Position numbers and translations under genes: made by a program. DNA of 24,883 nucleotides from Candidatus Brocadiaceae bacterium (GTDB lineage Bacteria; Planctomycetota; Brocadiia; SM23-32). The notes under the pieces were generated by a model. It saw only the letters and a list, made by a program, of their open reading frames with translations. It had not been told where the DNA came from and did not search any database. Of the stretch, positions 8,530 to 16,841 are shown in pieces (the first letter of the stretch is position 1; every line of letters starts with the position of its first letter). Where the stretch lies: NCBI GenBank assembly GCA_050050635.1, contig JASFTU010000001.1:1-24883 (forward strand), written 5' to 3'.

Positions 8530-9378
8530 CTATGATACCGGTTGGCCGGATGCTGTCAACTGGTCGGGCTCCCTCCCGCTCCCTGCGGCCAGGGCCGCGC
8601 CCAGTGCCGTGGCGAACTGCCCCCCGGGCGGGACGAAGACCTCTGAACCCAGCCGCCTGCCCAGAGCGAGGGCAAGAGCCCGGCTGCGGGACGGTCCACC
8701 GTCGAACAGAGCGGGAGGACGCCACGTGCAGCGCTCCGCCAGTCCGGCAACCTGGTCCGCGATGCTCTCGAAAACCCCCGCCGCCACGCTGCCCCTGGCC
8801 GCTCCTTCGGAGAGGAGCGAGACGACCTCCGACTCGGCGAACACTGTGCAGGCATTGGTGATGCGGCAGGGCGCCGATGCGCCGAGGGCAAGGTCGTCCA
8901 GTCCGGGAAGGTCCACCTCCAGGACTCCGGCCATGACCTCGAGGAACCGTCCCGTGCCGGCCGCGCACCGGTCGTTCATGGCGAAGTCCCTCACCATACC
9001 GTCCGTGTCGAACGTGATGACCTTGCTGTCCTGGCCCCCCACGTCCACTATGGTGCCCACCGGTTCCTCGAACCGGTCGGGAACGGGGACGCGGTCGAAG
9101 ATATCTTCCAAAGAGCCCCAGTGCCGCTGCAGCCAGCCGGCGCCGAAGGCATTGGCCATGATCTCGTTGACGCGCAGATCGGCTCCCTCGACCAGGTGCC
9201 TCCCGTACCCCGTGGCACCGACGCGTACGGCCGGGCCGAACTGCTCAAGCAGCCGTCGGCACTGCTCGGTGATGTTGGCCCGGGTGGGCTCCTCGTGCCA
9301 TCCGGCGGGGCGGCCGTCGGAGACCCGGACGACCTTGACTGCCACGCTGCCGACGTCGATGCCGAGGGTATCGCTCAT
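8530..9378 (-). CDS. 2-hydroxyacyl-CoA dehydratase activase-like ATPase (HgdC / BadF-BadG-BcrA-BcrD family)
   Basis: LGIDVGS, ATGYGR, VDVGGQDSKVI, MNDRCAAGTGRFLE, CTVFAESEVVS; both Fe-S ligand Cys present. Confidence 0.9.
   Translation of the reverse strand: MSDTLGIDVGSVAVKVVRVSDGRPAGWHEEPTRANITEQCRRLLEQFGPAVRVGATGYGRHLVEGADLRVNEIMANAFGAGWLQRHWGSLEDIFDRVPVPDRFEEPVGTIVDVGGQDSKVITFDTDGMVRDFAMNDRCAAGTGRFLEVMAGVLEVDLPGLDDLALGASAPCRITNACTVFAESEVVSLLSEGAARGSVAAGVFESIADQVAGLAERCTWRPPALFDGGPSRSRALALALGRRLGSEVFVPPGGQFATALGAALAAGSGREPDQLTASGQPVS
8532..8559 (-). promoter_or_regulatory. sigma70-like promoter for the secreted protein, inside the last codons of the activase gene
   Basis: TTGACA (8559-8554), 16 nt spacer, TATCAT (8537-8532). 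Confidence 0.65.
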
Positions 9379-9424
9379 GGCGCGAGCCTTTCCGGCATGG
9401 CATTCCGCGGGAGGAAGGCGGCCC

Positions 9425-10345
9425 TCAGACCTCCAGCATCCGGGTGAGCGCCACGGAGGCCCTTTCCCGGACCTCCTCCGGCACGCGCACCACGTTGCTC
9501 ATGCGATCCAGAGCGCGCCGGACGGATACCAGCGTGGTCAGACGCATGGAACTGCACACGCTGCCGGTCATGTAGAACTGCTTCCGCGGATTCTGCTCCT
9601 GGAGGGGGTGCAGCAGCCCTTCTTCGGTGCCCACAACGAAGACTTCGGCCTCCGACTCGGAGGCGAACTCGAGCATCTGCGACGTGCTGCCCACGAAATC
9701 CGCAAGGCGTCTCACGGCCGGGCTGCACTCGGGGTGAACCATCACGACCGCGTTCGGGTGCAGGCGCAGCAGGTCGCGGATGGCATCCGGGCTGATGTTG
9801 GGGTCGTGCACGTAGCAGTGGCCGTCCCACGGGATGATGTCCTTGTCGGTTTCCTCGGCGACGTAGGAGGCCAGGTTGCGGTCGGGCACGAAAAGGACGT
9901 GCTCGTGCGGCAGCGATCCCACCACCTCGACGGCGTTGGCCGAGGTGCAGCAGATGTAGGACTCTGCCTTCACCTCCGCGGTGCTGTTCACGTAGCTGAC
10001 GACGGCCGTACCCTCGGGGAGCTTCTTCAAGCGTTCACGGACCTGCTGGGCGGAAGCCATCTCGGCCATCTGGCAACCGGCGGCGGGCTCGGGCAGCAGC
10101 ACGACCTTGTCCGGGTTGAGGATGTCAGCCGTCTCCGCCATGAACCGGACGCCGCAGAAGACGATGACGTCTGCTTCGGTCTCGACGGCCTCGCGGCTGA
10201 GCGCCAGAGAATCGCCCACCGCATCCGCCACGTGCTGCACCGAGGCCCGCTGATAGACGTGGGCGAGGATCACGGCGTGACGCGTCCGCTTTAGCTCGTC
10301 GATCTCTGCCCTGAGAACGGAGGCATCGGCGTCTTCGAAGGTCAT
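9425..10345 (-). CDS. nadA: Quinolinate synthase A
   Basis: ILAHVYQ, VGDSLAL, FCGVRFMAET, AGCQMA, YVNSTAEVKA, CCTSANA, PDRNL, WDGHCYVH, VHPEC, GSTSQM, GTEEGL, final Cys in VCSSM. Confidence 0.95.
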   Translation of the reverse strand: MTFEDADASVLRAEIDELKRTRHAVILAHVYQRASVQHVADAVGDSLALSREAVETEADVIVFCGVRFMAETADILNPDKVVLLPEPAAGCQMAEMASAQQVRERLKKLPEGTAVVSYVNSTAEVKAESYICCTSANAVEVVGSLPHEHVLFVPDRNLASYVAEETDKDIIPWDGHCYVHDPNISPDAIRDLLRLHPNAVVMVHPECSPAVRRLADFVGSTSQMLEFASESEAEVFVVGTEEGLLHPLQEQNPRKQFYMTGSVCSSMRLTTLVSVRRALDRMSNVVRVPEEVRERASVALTRMLEV

Positions 10346-10348
10346 CTC

Positions 10349-11656
10349 CTACCCCTTCCGGGAATCCATCGACTGCGGTTGCGCCTCCTGCCGCGCAGTT
10401 TCCTCGGCCAGGTCGCGGAAGAGCCTGACCGCGCAGAACTCGCCGCACATGGAGCACCGGTCGCCCTTCTCCTCGGAGGCCAGCATCTCGGCGAACTTCT
10501 CCCGGTCGAGCGCACACGCCACCATCGCGTCCCAGTCCCGGTCGGCTCGCATCCTGCTCATACGCACGTCCAGCTCCCGGGCTCCGGGCAGACCCTTGGC
10601 CACGTCGGCGACGTGTGCGGCGATGCGGCTGGCCATCACGCCCTCCCGCACGTCCGCCTCGCCCGGCAGGCCGACGTGCTCCTTGGGGGTCACGTAACAG
10701 AGGAAATCTGCGCCGTGTGCGCCGGCAAGGGCGCCCCCGATGGCGCCCACGAGGTGATCGTACCCGGGTGCGATGTCGGTGGGGAGAGGCCCCAGCACGT
10801 AGAAGGGGGCTCCATCGCACCATTCCTTCTCCAGGCGCACGTTCTCCTGGATGTGGTCCAGGGGCAGATGTCCTGGCCCCTCGATCATCACCTGCACGCC
10901 GGCATCCCGGCACCTGCGGGCCAGCTCTCCCAGGATTCTCAGCTCGTGCAACTGGGCCTCGTCCGTGGCGTCTTCGATGCACCCCGGCCGCAGCCCGTCG
11001 CCGAGGCTGATGGTCACGTCGTACTCGCGCGCTATGGGAAGAAGCTCGTCGAAGTGCTCGTAGAGGAAGCTCTCCCGCTCGTGGACGCGCATCCAGCGGA
11101 CCAGGAACGCTCCGCCGCGGCTGACGACCCCCATGACACGTTTCTCCAGCATGGGGATCGCCTCCCGGCTGACGCCCGCGTGGACGGTGGCGAAGTCCAC
11201 GCCGTCCCCGGCGTGCCGCTCGAAGACGTCCAGAAAGGAGGCCAGGGTCATCTGCTCCGGCCCCCCCGCCTCGATGGCCGCCTGGTAGATGGGCACGGTG
11301 CCCACCGGCGCATCCGAGTGCTCCAGGACGGTTCGACGGACCTCGTCGATGCCGGGGCCGGTGCTCAGGTCCATGACGGTATCGGCGCCCGCCCGGAGGG
11401 CGCTGCGGAGTTTCCTCAGCTCGTGCTCCGCGTCGCTTCTGGTGGGTGAGGTCCCGATGTTCGCGTTGACCTTGGTGCGCAGATTCTCCCCCACGCCCAC
11501 CGGCTGCACGCCCGCGTGCTCCGTGTTCGCAAGGACAACGGCGCGGCCGGCCGCCAGGGCTCCGCGTAGTTCCTCCTCCTGCAGCGCCTCACCGGCGCAG
11601 ACCAGCTGCATCTCTTCGGTGATGATGCCCTGTCGGGCACTGTCCAACTGAGTCAC
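10349..11656 (-). CDS. thiC: Phosphomethylpyrimidine synthase ThiC (short form); a BzaA/B/F-type paralog is not excluded
   Basis: KVNANIGTS, ADTVMDLSTG, PVGTVPIYQ, TVHAG, VVSRGG, ISLGDGLRPG, MIEGPGH, PFYVLGPL, PGYDH, LCYVTPKEH, C-terminal CSMCGEFC. GTG start at 11656 after GGAGG. Confidence 0.88.
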   Translation of the reverse strand: MTQLDSARQGIITEEMQLVCAGEALQEEELRGALAAGRAVVLANTEHAGVQPVGVGENLRTKVNANIGTSPTRSDAEHELRKLRSALRAGADTVMDLSTGPGIDEVRRTVLEHSDAPVGTVPIYQAAIEAGGPEQMTLASFLDVFERHAGDGVDFATVHAGVSREAIPMLEKRVMGVVSRGGAFLVRWMRVHERESFLYEHFDELLPIAREYDVTISLGDGLRPGCIEDATDEAQLHELRILGELARRCRDAGVQVMIEGPGHLPLDHIQENVRLEKEWCDGAPFYVLGPLPTDIAPGYDHLVGAIGGALAGAHGADFLCYVTPKEHVGLPGEADVREGVMASRIAAHVADVAKGLPGARELDVRMSRMRADRDWDAMVACALDREKFAEMLASEEKGDRCSMCGEFCAVRLFRDLAEETARQEAQPQSMDSRKG

Positions 11657-11786
11657 CTGCGTTGCCTCCGCACCGGAACTCCAACAAGCACAGCCGGCAG
11701 GATGTTGGCACACTCAGCCGTTTGCGGCGGGGTGGGGAAAGACCCGACAGAACGCTCTCCGGCCGGTCTGCGTAGCCCGACTATTG

Positions 11787-11815
11787 ATTATACTTCGCCT
11801 GGGCCGGCAAAGCAA
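11787..11815 (-). promoter_or_regulatory. sigma70-like promoter for thiC-nadA-activase
   Basis: TTGCTT (11815-11810), 17 nt spacer, TATAAT (11792-11787). Confidence 0.72.
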
Positions 11816-11833
11816 CCGGTGCCCGGCGCAGGC

Positions 11834-13528
11834 TCAGCTGAGCAGGACCAGCAGGATGACCATCACGGCCACGATCACCATGGCGAGAAAGAACAGAAGT
11901 GCCAGCCGGTGGATTCTGTCGGGGAACTCCGGGGCCAGCGGCGTCTGCTCCGGCGGAGCCGGTTCCGGTGCCGGCTCCGCAGTCGCCTGCTCCCGCTCGG
12001 CGAGAGCGCCGAGAGTCTCTGTGTCGATGCGGAGGCGACCCCGTCCGGCCGCGACGGCGATACGGCGCAGCCTCTCCCTCTCGGGGCCGCTGGGCAGCCA
12101 TCGGGCCGCCTCCAGCCAGTGCTCCCTGGCCGTTTTGCGGTCGCCGGTCCGGTAGGCCCGCCTGGCGGCCCGGGCGTTGTCAAGAAAGGCTTTCCGGACG
12201 CGGCCCCTCTTGAACTCGCGGACGGCTTCCCGGACTTCCTCCGTGATGGTCCCGCTGCAAAGCGCCCTCTCCAGGAGAGGACGTGCGACGCCGTAGCGAC
12301 CGCTGGCAAGAGCCTTCACGAGGGGTTCGGGCAGATCGCCGGGCGGCGCATCCGGCGAGGGGGCGCCCAGTTCCTCCCTCACGGCGATCACCGTCGAGCT
12401 GTCGCAGTAGAGGCTCTCGGCCTGTTCGATGGTGTCGATGGCCGCGTCGGTTTTCCCCATTCCGGCCAGCCGCACCGCCTCAGCGGCCAGGTCGTCGCTG
12501 GCCTCCTGACGCCGCTCAACTTCGTCCAGCAGTGTCTCGATGCCGGGCGTGTCCGGTGGCAGGGACTCCAGCAGGTCCAGGGCGGCGTGGAGCCGACCCT
12601 TCTCGATCGCGGCTTCTGCCTGTGCCACACGGTCTGCCGCCTCGTGCTCGCGGTCGGTTTCCAACGGCCCCTGGGCCGCGTCACCGACGAGCGCGGCCAT
12701 GAAGCTCGTGGTGCGGTTGGTCCGGACGCTGCGTATGGCTTCGAGCAGTTCCTGACCATCGCCGAAGCGATTGCGCGGCTCCGGCGCCAGACAGCGATCG
12801 GCGATCGGCCGGAGGATGTCCGGCCAGGGAGCCGAGGCCGTGCCCGGAGCGCCCTCCACGACCTTGCCGGTGAGGCAGCGGAGCAGTATCAGGCCGAAGG
12901 AGTAGATGTCCGAACGGGTGTCGTAGTCCCGGGAGTTGATCTGCTGCTCCGGGGCACGGTAGGGGTGGCGGAGACGCGTCCTGAGACGCTCCCCGTCCTT
13001 CTCGAGTTCGTCCAGCCAGAGGGGCAACAGGAAGTCACTGATCAGGACACCCTTGCCGCGCACGGGGAAGACGTTCGACGGCTTGAGGTTGCCGTGAGCG
13101 CCGAGGCGCGGATGCAGGGCGGAGAGTGCCTCGGCCAGGTCACGGGCAAACTCGATGACGTGCGACTCCAGCCACGCGTCGCTCTGTTCCGCCGCAGACC
13201 CCTCCGGCATGTAGCGCATCTGCATGAAGTAGTAGTCTCCCCGCCGGCCGCAGTGGTAGAGATCCACCACGTGCTCACTGCGCAGCTCCCGCCAGAAGTT
13301 CAGCTCGGAGGTGAACCGACGCTCCGCGTCGGGGGACTGAAGGTGCGCGGCAGGGATCACCCTCATGCAGGAATCGGAGACACCCTCTTCCAGGGAGTCC
13401 GTCAACCACAGCGAGCTGAACGCGTCAGCGGCGACGAGGCGACGCAGGCAGACCCCCTCAAGCTCCGCGCCCTCCGTCAGTCCACCGCTGCCCTCGGGTA
13501 GTTCCTGTTCCTCGCTGCTCAACTCCAC
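11834..13528 (-). CDS. Hanks-type Ser/Thr kinase-fold protein (probable pseudokinase) with TPR-like helices and a C-terminal transmembrane anchor
   Basis: RFTSE, HGNLKPSN, SDFL, YRAPEQ, SDIYSFGLIL; helical repeats downstream; ends in LALLFFLAMVIVAVMVILLVLLS. GTG 13528 preferred as start because the ATG at 13576 overlaps the -10 box. Confidence 0.82.
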   Translation of the reverse strand: MELSSEEQELPEGSGGLTEGAELEGVCLRRLVAADAFSSLWLTDSLEEGVSDSCMRVIPAAHLQSPDAERRFTSELNFWRELRSEHVVDLYHCGRRGDYYFMQMRYMPEGSAAEQSDAWLESHVIEFARDLAEALSALHPRLGAHGNLKPSNVFPVRGKGVLISDFLLPLWLDELEKDGERLRTRLRHPYRAPEQQINSRDYDTRSDIYSFGLILLRCLTGKVVEGAPGTASAPWPDILRPIADRCLAPEPRNRFGDGQELLEAIRSVRTNRTTSFMAALVGDAAQGPLETDREHEAADRVAQAEAAIEKGRLHAALDLLESLPPDTPGIETLLDEVERRQEASDDLAAEAVRLAGMGKTDAAIDTIEQAESLYCDSSTVIAVREELGAPSPDAPPGDLPEPLVKALASGRYGVARPLLERALCSGTITEEVREAVREFKRGRVRKAFLDNARAARRAYRTGDRKTAREHWLEAARWLPSGPERERLRRIAVAAGRGRLRIDTETLGALAEREQATAEPAPEPAPPEQTPLAPEFPDRIHRLALLFFLAMVIVAVMVILLVLLS

Positions 13529-13574
13529 GCCGCTCCCACTCCGGACGGCTGTGCTCAGGCCTTTCTGAGTGCCC

Positions 13575-13604
13575 ATTGTAGGGGCCCCCGCGCGCGGAAG
13601 TCAA
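13575..13604 (-). promoter_or_regulatory. sigma70-like promoter for the kinase-like gene
   Basis: TTGACT (13604-13599), 18 nt spacer, TACAAT (13580-13575). Confidence 0.65.
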
Positions 13605-13607
13605 CGC

Positions 13608-13636
13608 TTGCAGCGCGAGCGGCCTTTGCGTATAAG
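13608..13636 (+). promoter_or_regulatory. sigma70-like promoter for zupT
   Basis: TTGCAG (13608-13613), 17 nt spacer, TATAAG (13631-13636). Confidence 0.55.
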
Positions 13637-13651
13637 GGCCGTTTGCACCGG

Positions 13652-14443
13652 ATGTTCCCCGAGGCATACCTCACAGCCACGCTGCTGACGGCCGGGGCGG
13701 GCCTGTCCACCACGCTGGGCAGCCTGCTGGCGGTGATCTGGCGCGAACCGGGCCCCAGGTACATGGCCCTGGCACTGGGGTTCTCCGCCGGCGTGATGAT
13801 CCACGTTTCCTACGTGGAGTTGCTCCACGGCGGGATGGCCACGCTGGCCGCCGGGCCCGGCGGCGAACTGACGGCGTTTGCCATCGCACACCTGGCCCTG
13901 TTTGCCGGGTTCCTGGTGATGTTCCTCATCGACGTCCTCGTCTCGCACTCCTACATCCTGGAGTCGGGGAAGGGGGCGGGGGAGAGCGGCGTCCCCCTGC
14001 GTCGCATGTCGCTGCTGGTGGCGCTCGGGGTGGCCATCCACAACTTCCCGGAGGGCATGGCGACGTTCGCGGGCACCTTGCAGGACACTTCGCTGGGAGT
14101 GTCCATTGCGGTCGCGATCGCGGTGCACAACATCCCCGAGGGCGTCGCCGTGGGAGCGCCCGTTTACGCGGCGACCGGCAGCGCCAGGCGTGCCTTTCTG
14201 TGGTCGTTCCTCTCGGGCGTCAGCGAGCCGGTCGGGGCCCTGGTCGCAGGGCTGCTTCTGTTGCCATTCCTCACCCCCACGGTGCTGGCCTGTGCGCTGT
14301 GTGCGGTGGGGGGCTTCATGATCTACATCGCATTCGACGAGCTGCTCCCGGTTGCGCAGTCCTACGGCAAGCACCACCTGGCCATCATCGGTGTGCTGGC
14401 GGGCATGGCGACGATGGCACTCAGTCTGGCCCTGCTGAGGTAG
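13652..14443 (+). CDS. zupT: ZIP-family zinc/divalent metal transporter
   Basis: LGFSAGVMIHVS, VAIHNFPEG and IAVHNIPEG (ZIP signature), LSGVSEPVGA, IAFDELLP. Start is either TTG 13643 or ATG 13652. Confidence 0.92.
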   Translation: MFPEAYLTATLLTAGAGLSTTLGSLLAVIWREPGPRYMALALGFSAGVMIHVSYVELLHGGMATLAAGPGGELTAFAIAHLALFAGFLVMFLIDVLVSHSYILESGKGAGESGVPLRRMSLLVALGVAIHNFPEGMATFAGTLQDTSLGVSIAVAIAVHNIPEGVAVGAPVYAATGSARRAFLWSFLSGVSEPVGALVAGLLLLPFLTPTVLACALCAVGGFMIYIAFDELLPVAQSYGKHHLAIIGVLAGMATMALSLALLR

Positions 14444-14484
14444 GGGTTCCGGGCGGTTGCGGGCCGGCGGCGGGGTTCGCAGCC

Positions 14485-14514
14485 TTGACGCTATGTTAGC
14501 GCGTGCGATATATT
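14485..14514 (+). promoter_or_regulatory. sigma70-like promoter for the ABC transporter operon
   Basis: TTGACG (14485-14490), 18 nt spacer, TATATT (14509-14514). Confidence 0.6.
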
Positions 14515-14583
14515 GCATGCTTATAGGGGAGCGGTGCGAACGGCCCGCTGTCCACCTTCCGCTGACTCTCTCGACGGGCAACT

Positions 14584-16539
14584 ATGGCGCGTTCGCGTAA
14601 GCGGGGCGACTACTCGGACCTGGTGGGATTCTACCGCTTCGCCGCTCCGCACTGGAAACTGATCCTGCTGGCCGTGCTGGCGCTGCTCGTGTCGGCGGCC
14701 ATGAACGTGAACGTGCTGATCCTGGTGAAGCCCGCCCTGAATAGCCTCCAGCAGAAGGAGCCCGGGGCGGTTGTGCCCGTCGCTGCCGAGCAGGAACCCA
14801 CCACGCCGGTGCGTGAGGAGCCGTTCCATGAGTGGCGGGACCGGGCCAGGGAGCGCGTGCTGAACCTGCCCGGGCTGAAGCAGCTTATCAGTTGGCTGGG
14901 GAGTGGGGACAGGCTGAAGAAACTGGCCATCCTGATGGCGCTGGGGATCGCGCCGCTGCTGTTCGGGTCCGGCTTCGCCTACCAGTACCTGCACCGCAAG
15001 GCGGTGTGGCGGATCATGGCCGATCTGCGCATGGCCGTCTTCGAGCACCTCTCGGGCCTGTCTCTGGGTTACTTCGGCCGGCAGCGCACCGGCGAGGTGG
15101 TCAGTCGGCTCACGAACGACATCCACAGCGCGCAGAATGCCCTGAAACTCCTCTTCGGGAAGATAGTCCAGCAGCCTCTTCTGTTGATCGGCTTCTTCAG
15201 CGTGGCCGTGCTGGCAAGCTGGGAGCTTACTCTGCTGGTCGTGGCGTGCTTCCCTGTGATCGTACTCGTCCAGGGGCGATACGGCCGCCGCATTCGCCGA
15301 CACAGCCAGAAGAACCTGGAGAGGCTGGCCGACATCACGGACTCCATCACGCAGATGCTCCAGGGGATCCGGGTCGTCAAGTCATTCGACCGGGAGGAGG
15401 AGGAGAACGAGCAGTTCCGCTCCCGCACGTATCAACAGCTCAGGCGCGCCTTCAAGCTGGTGCGGACCCGGGCACTGGCCGACATGTTGCCCGAGTTCCT
15501 CCTGGTGCTGCTGCTGGCCTTCGTGGTCGTCTTTGCCGGGCGGCTGGTCGAGCAGGGGAAGCTCACGGTGGCGGGGATGATCCAGTGCGTTGCCGCCCTT
15601 GCCGCCACGGCCGGTCCGGTGCGCCGCATCGTCAGGGCATACAACGACCTGCAGGAAAGCCTGGCGGGGGTGAGCCGGTTGTTCGACCTGCTGGGGAAGA
15701 AGGCCGAGATAGAGGACAGGCCGGACGCGATCGAGATCGGTGGCGTCCGGCAGGGCGTCGCCTTCGAGAACGTCTGGTTCGCTTACGATGACGAGCCCGT
15801 GCTGCGCGGCATTGAGCTGTTCGTGCCCTGCGGAAGCATGTACGCCATTGTCGGTGAGACAGGGGCCGGCAAGAGCACCATGCTCGACCTGATCCCCCGC
15901 TTCTACGACGTGGAGGAGGGGGCGGTCAGGATAGACGGGGTGGACGTCCGGCGCATCAAGCGCGAGAGTCTCATGCGCCAGATCGCCATCGTGGGGCAGC
16001 ATCCGTTCCTGTTCAACCGGACCATCGGGGAGAACATCCGCTATGGCAAGCCGGACGCCACGGATGAGGAACTCGTCGCCGCCGCCGAGGCCGCCAACAT
16101 CCACGAGTTCATCCAGGAGTTGCCGGAGGCCTACGAGACGCTGGCGGGGGAACGGGGTGGTCGCTTCTCAGGGGGGCAGAGGCAGTGCATCACGATCGCC
16201 CGCGCCATTCTGAAAGATGCCCCCATCCTTATCCTCGACGAGGCCACCTCGAACCTGGACGCGGAGTCGGAGATGCTCGTCCGGATGGCGCTCAGCAACC
16301 TGATGGAAGGCCGGACGACCTTCGTGATCGCGCACCGGCTCTCCACCGTGCGGCACGCCGACAGGATCATCGTCCTGAAGGAAGGACGCATAGTCGAGCA
16401 GGGGAGTCACGATGAACTGCTCGAACTGAAGGGCGAGTACGAGCGGCTCTACCGACTGCAGTTCTTCGAGGATCCCGCCGACGCCGACCGGGACACCACT
16501 TTGCCGGGCCTGGCCAGGGAAACACACGAAGACGCCTGA
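14584..16539 (+). CDS. ABC exporter, fused permease and ATP-binding domains (MsbA-like)
   Basis: N-terminal TM domain with GEVVSRLTND and GIRVVKSF; Walker A GETGAGKST, signature FSGGQRQ, Walker B ILILDEATS, H-loop IAHRLST. Confidence 0.92.
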   Translation: MARSRKRGDYSDLVGFYRFAAPHWKLILLAVLALLVSAAMNVNVLILVKPALNSLQQKEPGAVVPVAAEQEPTTPVREEPFHEWRDRARERVLNLPGLKQLISWLGSGDRLKKLAILMALGIAPLLFGSGFAYQYLHRKAVWRIMADLRMAVFEHLSGLSLGYFGRQRTGEVVSRLTNDIHSAQNALKLLFGKIVQQPLLLIGFFSVAVLASWELTLLVVACFPVIVLVQGRYGRRIRRHSQKNLERLADITDSITQMLQGIRVVKSFDREEEENEQFRSRTYQQLRRAFKLVRTRALADMLPEFLLVLLLAFVVVFAGRLVEQGKLTVAGMIQCVAALAATAGPVRRIVRAYNDLQESLAGVSRLFDLLGKKAEIEDRPDAIEIGGVRQGVAFENVWFAYDDEPVLRGIELFVPCGSMYAIVGETGAGKSTMLDLIPRFYDVEEGAVRIDGVDVRRIKRESLMRQIAIVGQHPFLFNRTIGENIRYGKPDATDEELVAAAEAANIHEFIQELPEAYETLAGERGGRFSGGQRQCITIARAILKDAPILILDEATSNLDAESEMLVRMALSNLMEGRTTFVIAHRLSTVRHADRIIVLKEGRIVEQGSHDELLELKGEYERLYRLQFFEDPADADRDTTLPGLARETHEDA

Positions 16540-16582
16540 GCCGAGCCGGGCTGTTTGCTGTATCTGACGAAAGGCGACCCGC

Positions 16583-16792
16583 ATGAAACTGACGTACCTC
16601 ATCGGCTGGGTGATATGCCTGCTGATCGCGTTCATGGCGGCCGTGCTCTCGGTCAACAACAGCGTGAAGCTCGTGGTCATGGAACAGCGGCTCGAGGAGG
16701 TCAGGAAGACCGCGAACGATGAGCGCGCCGTGCTGGAGGAGATCCGGGACGTGCTGCAGGCCGTCGAGGCGGATCTCGCGGCTCGGCGCTGA
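16583..16792 (+). CDS. Small bitopic membrane protein (N-terminal TM helix plus coiled coil), hypothetical
   Basis: 69 aa; LIGWVICLLIAFMAAVLSV followed by heptad-like MEQRLEEVRKTANDERAVLEEIRDVLQAVEADL; fills the gap between co-oriented genes. Confidence 0.7.
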   Translation: MKLTYLIGWVICLLIAFMAAVLSVNNSVKLVVMEQRLEEVRKTANDERAVLEEIRDVLQAVEADLAARR

Positions 16793-16841
16793 GTAGCGCT
16801 CCGGGCCGGCTGTCGCTCACGGGAGACGGGACGGACTGGCC

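Noticed and set aside
8609-10294. 561-aa + strand ORF
   Set aside because: Antisense shadow of nadA and the activase; no recognisable motifs; long shadow ORFs are expected at this GC content.
11657-11815. TPP, SAM-I, cobalamin, glycine, ZTP or NAD-I riboswitch upstream of thiC
   Set aside because: Only fragments match (CUGAG, GUGCCAA..UCCUGC, GGAGA, and CGCCTGGGC on the wrong strand); the required flanking cores are missing. Kept only as an unknown-leader candidate.
11702-13501. 599-aa + strand ORF
   Set aside because: Antisense shadow of the kinase-like gene with no motifs of its own.
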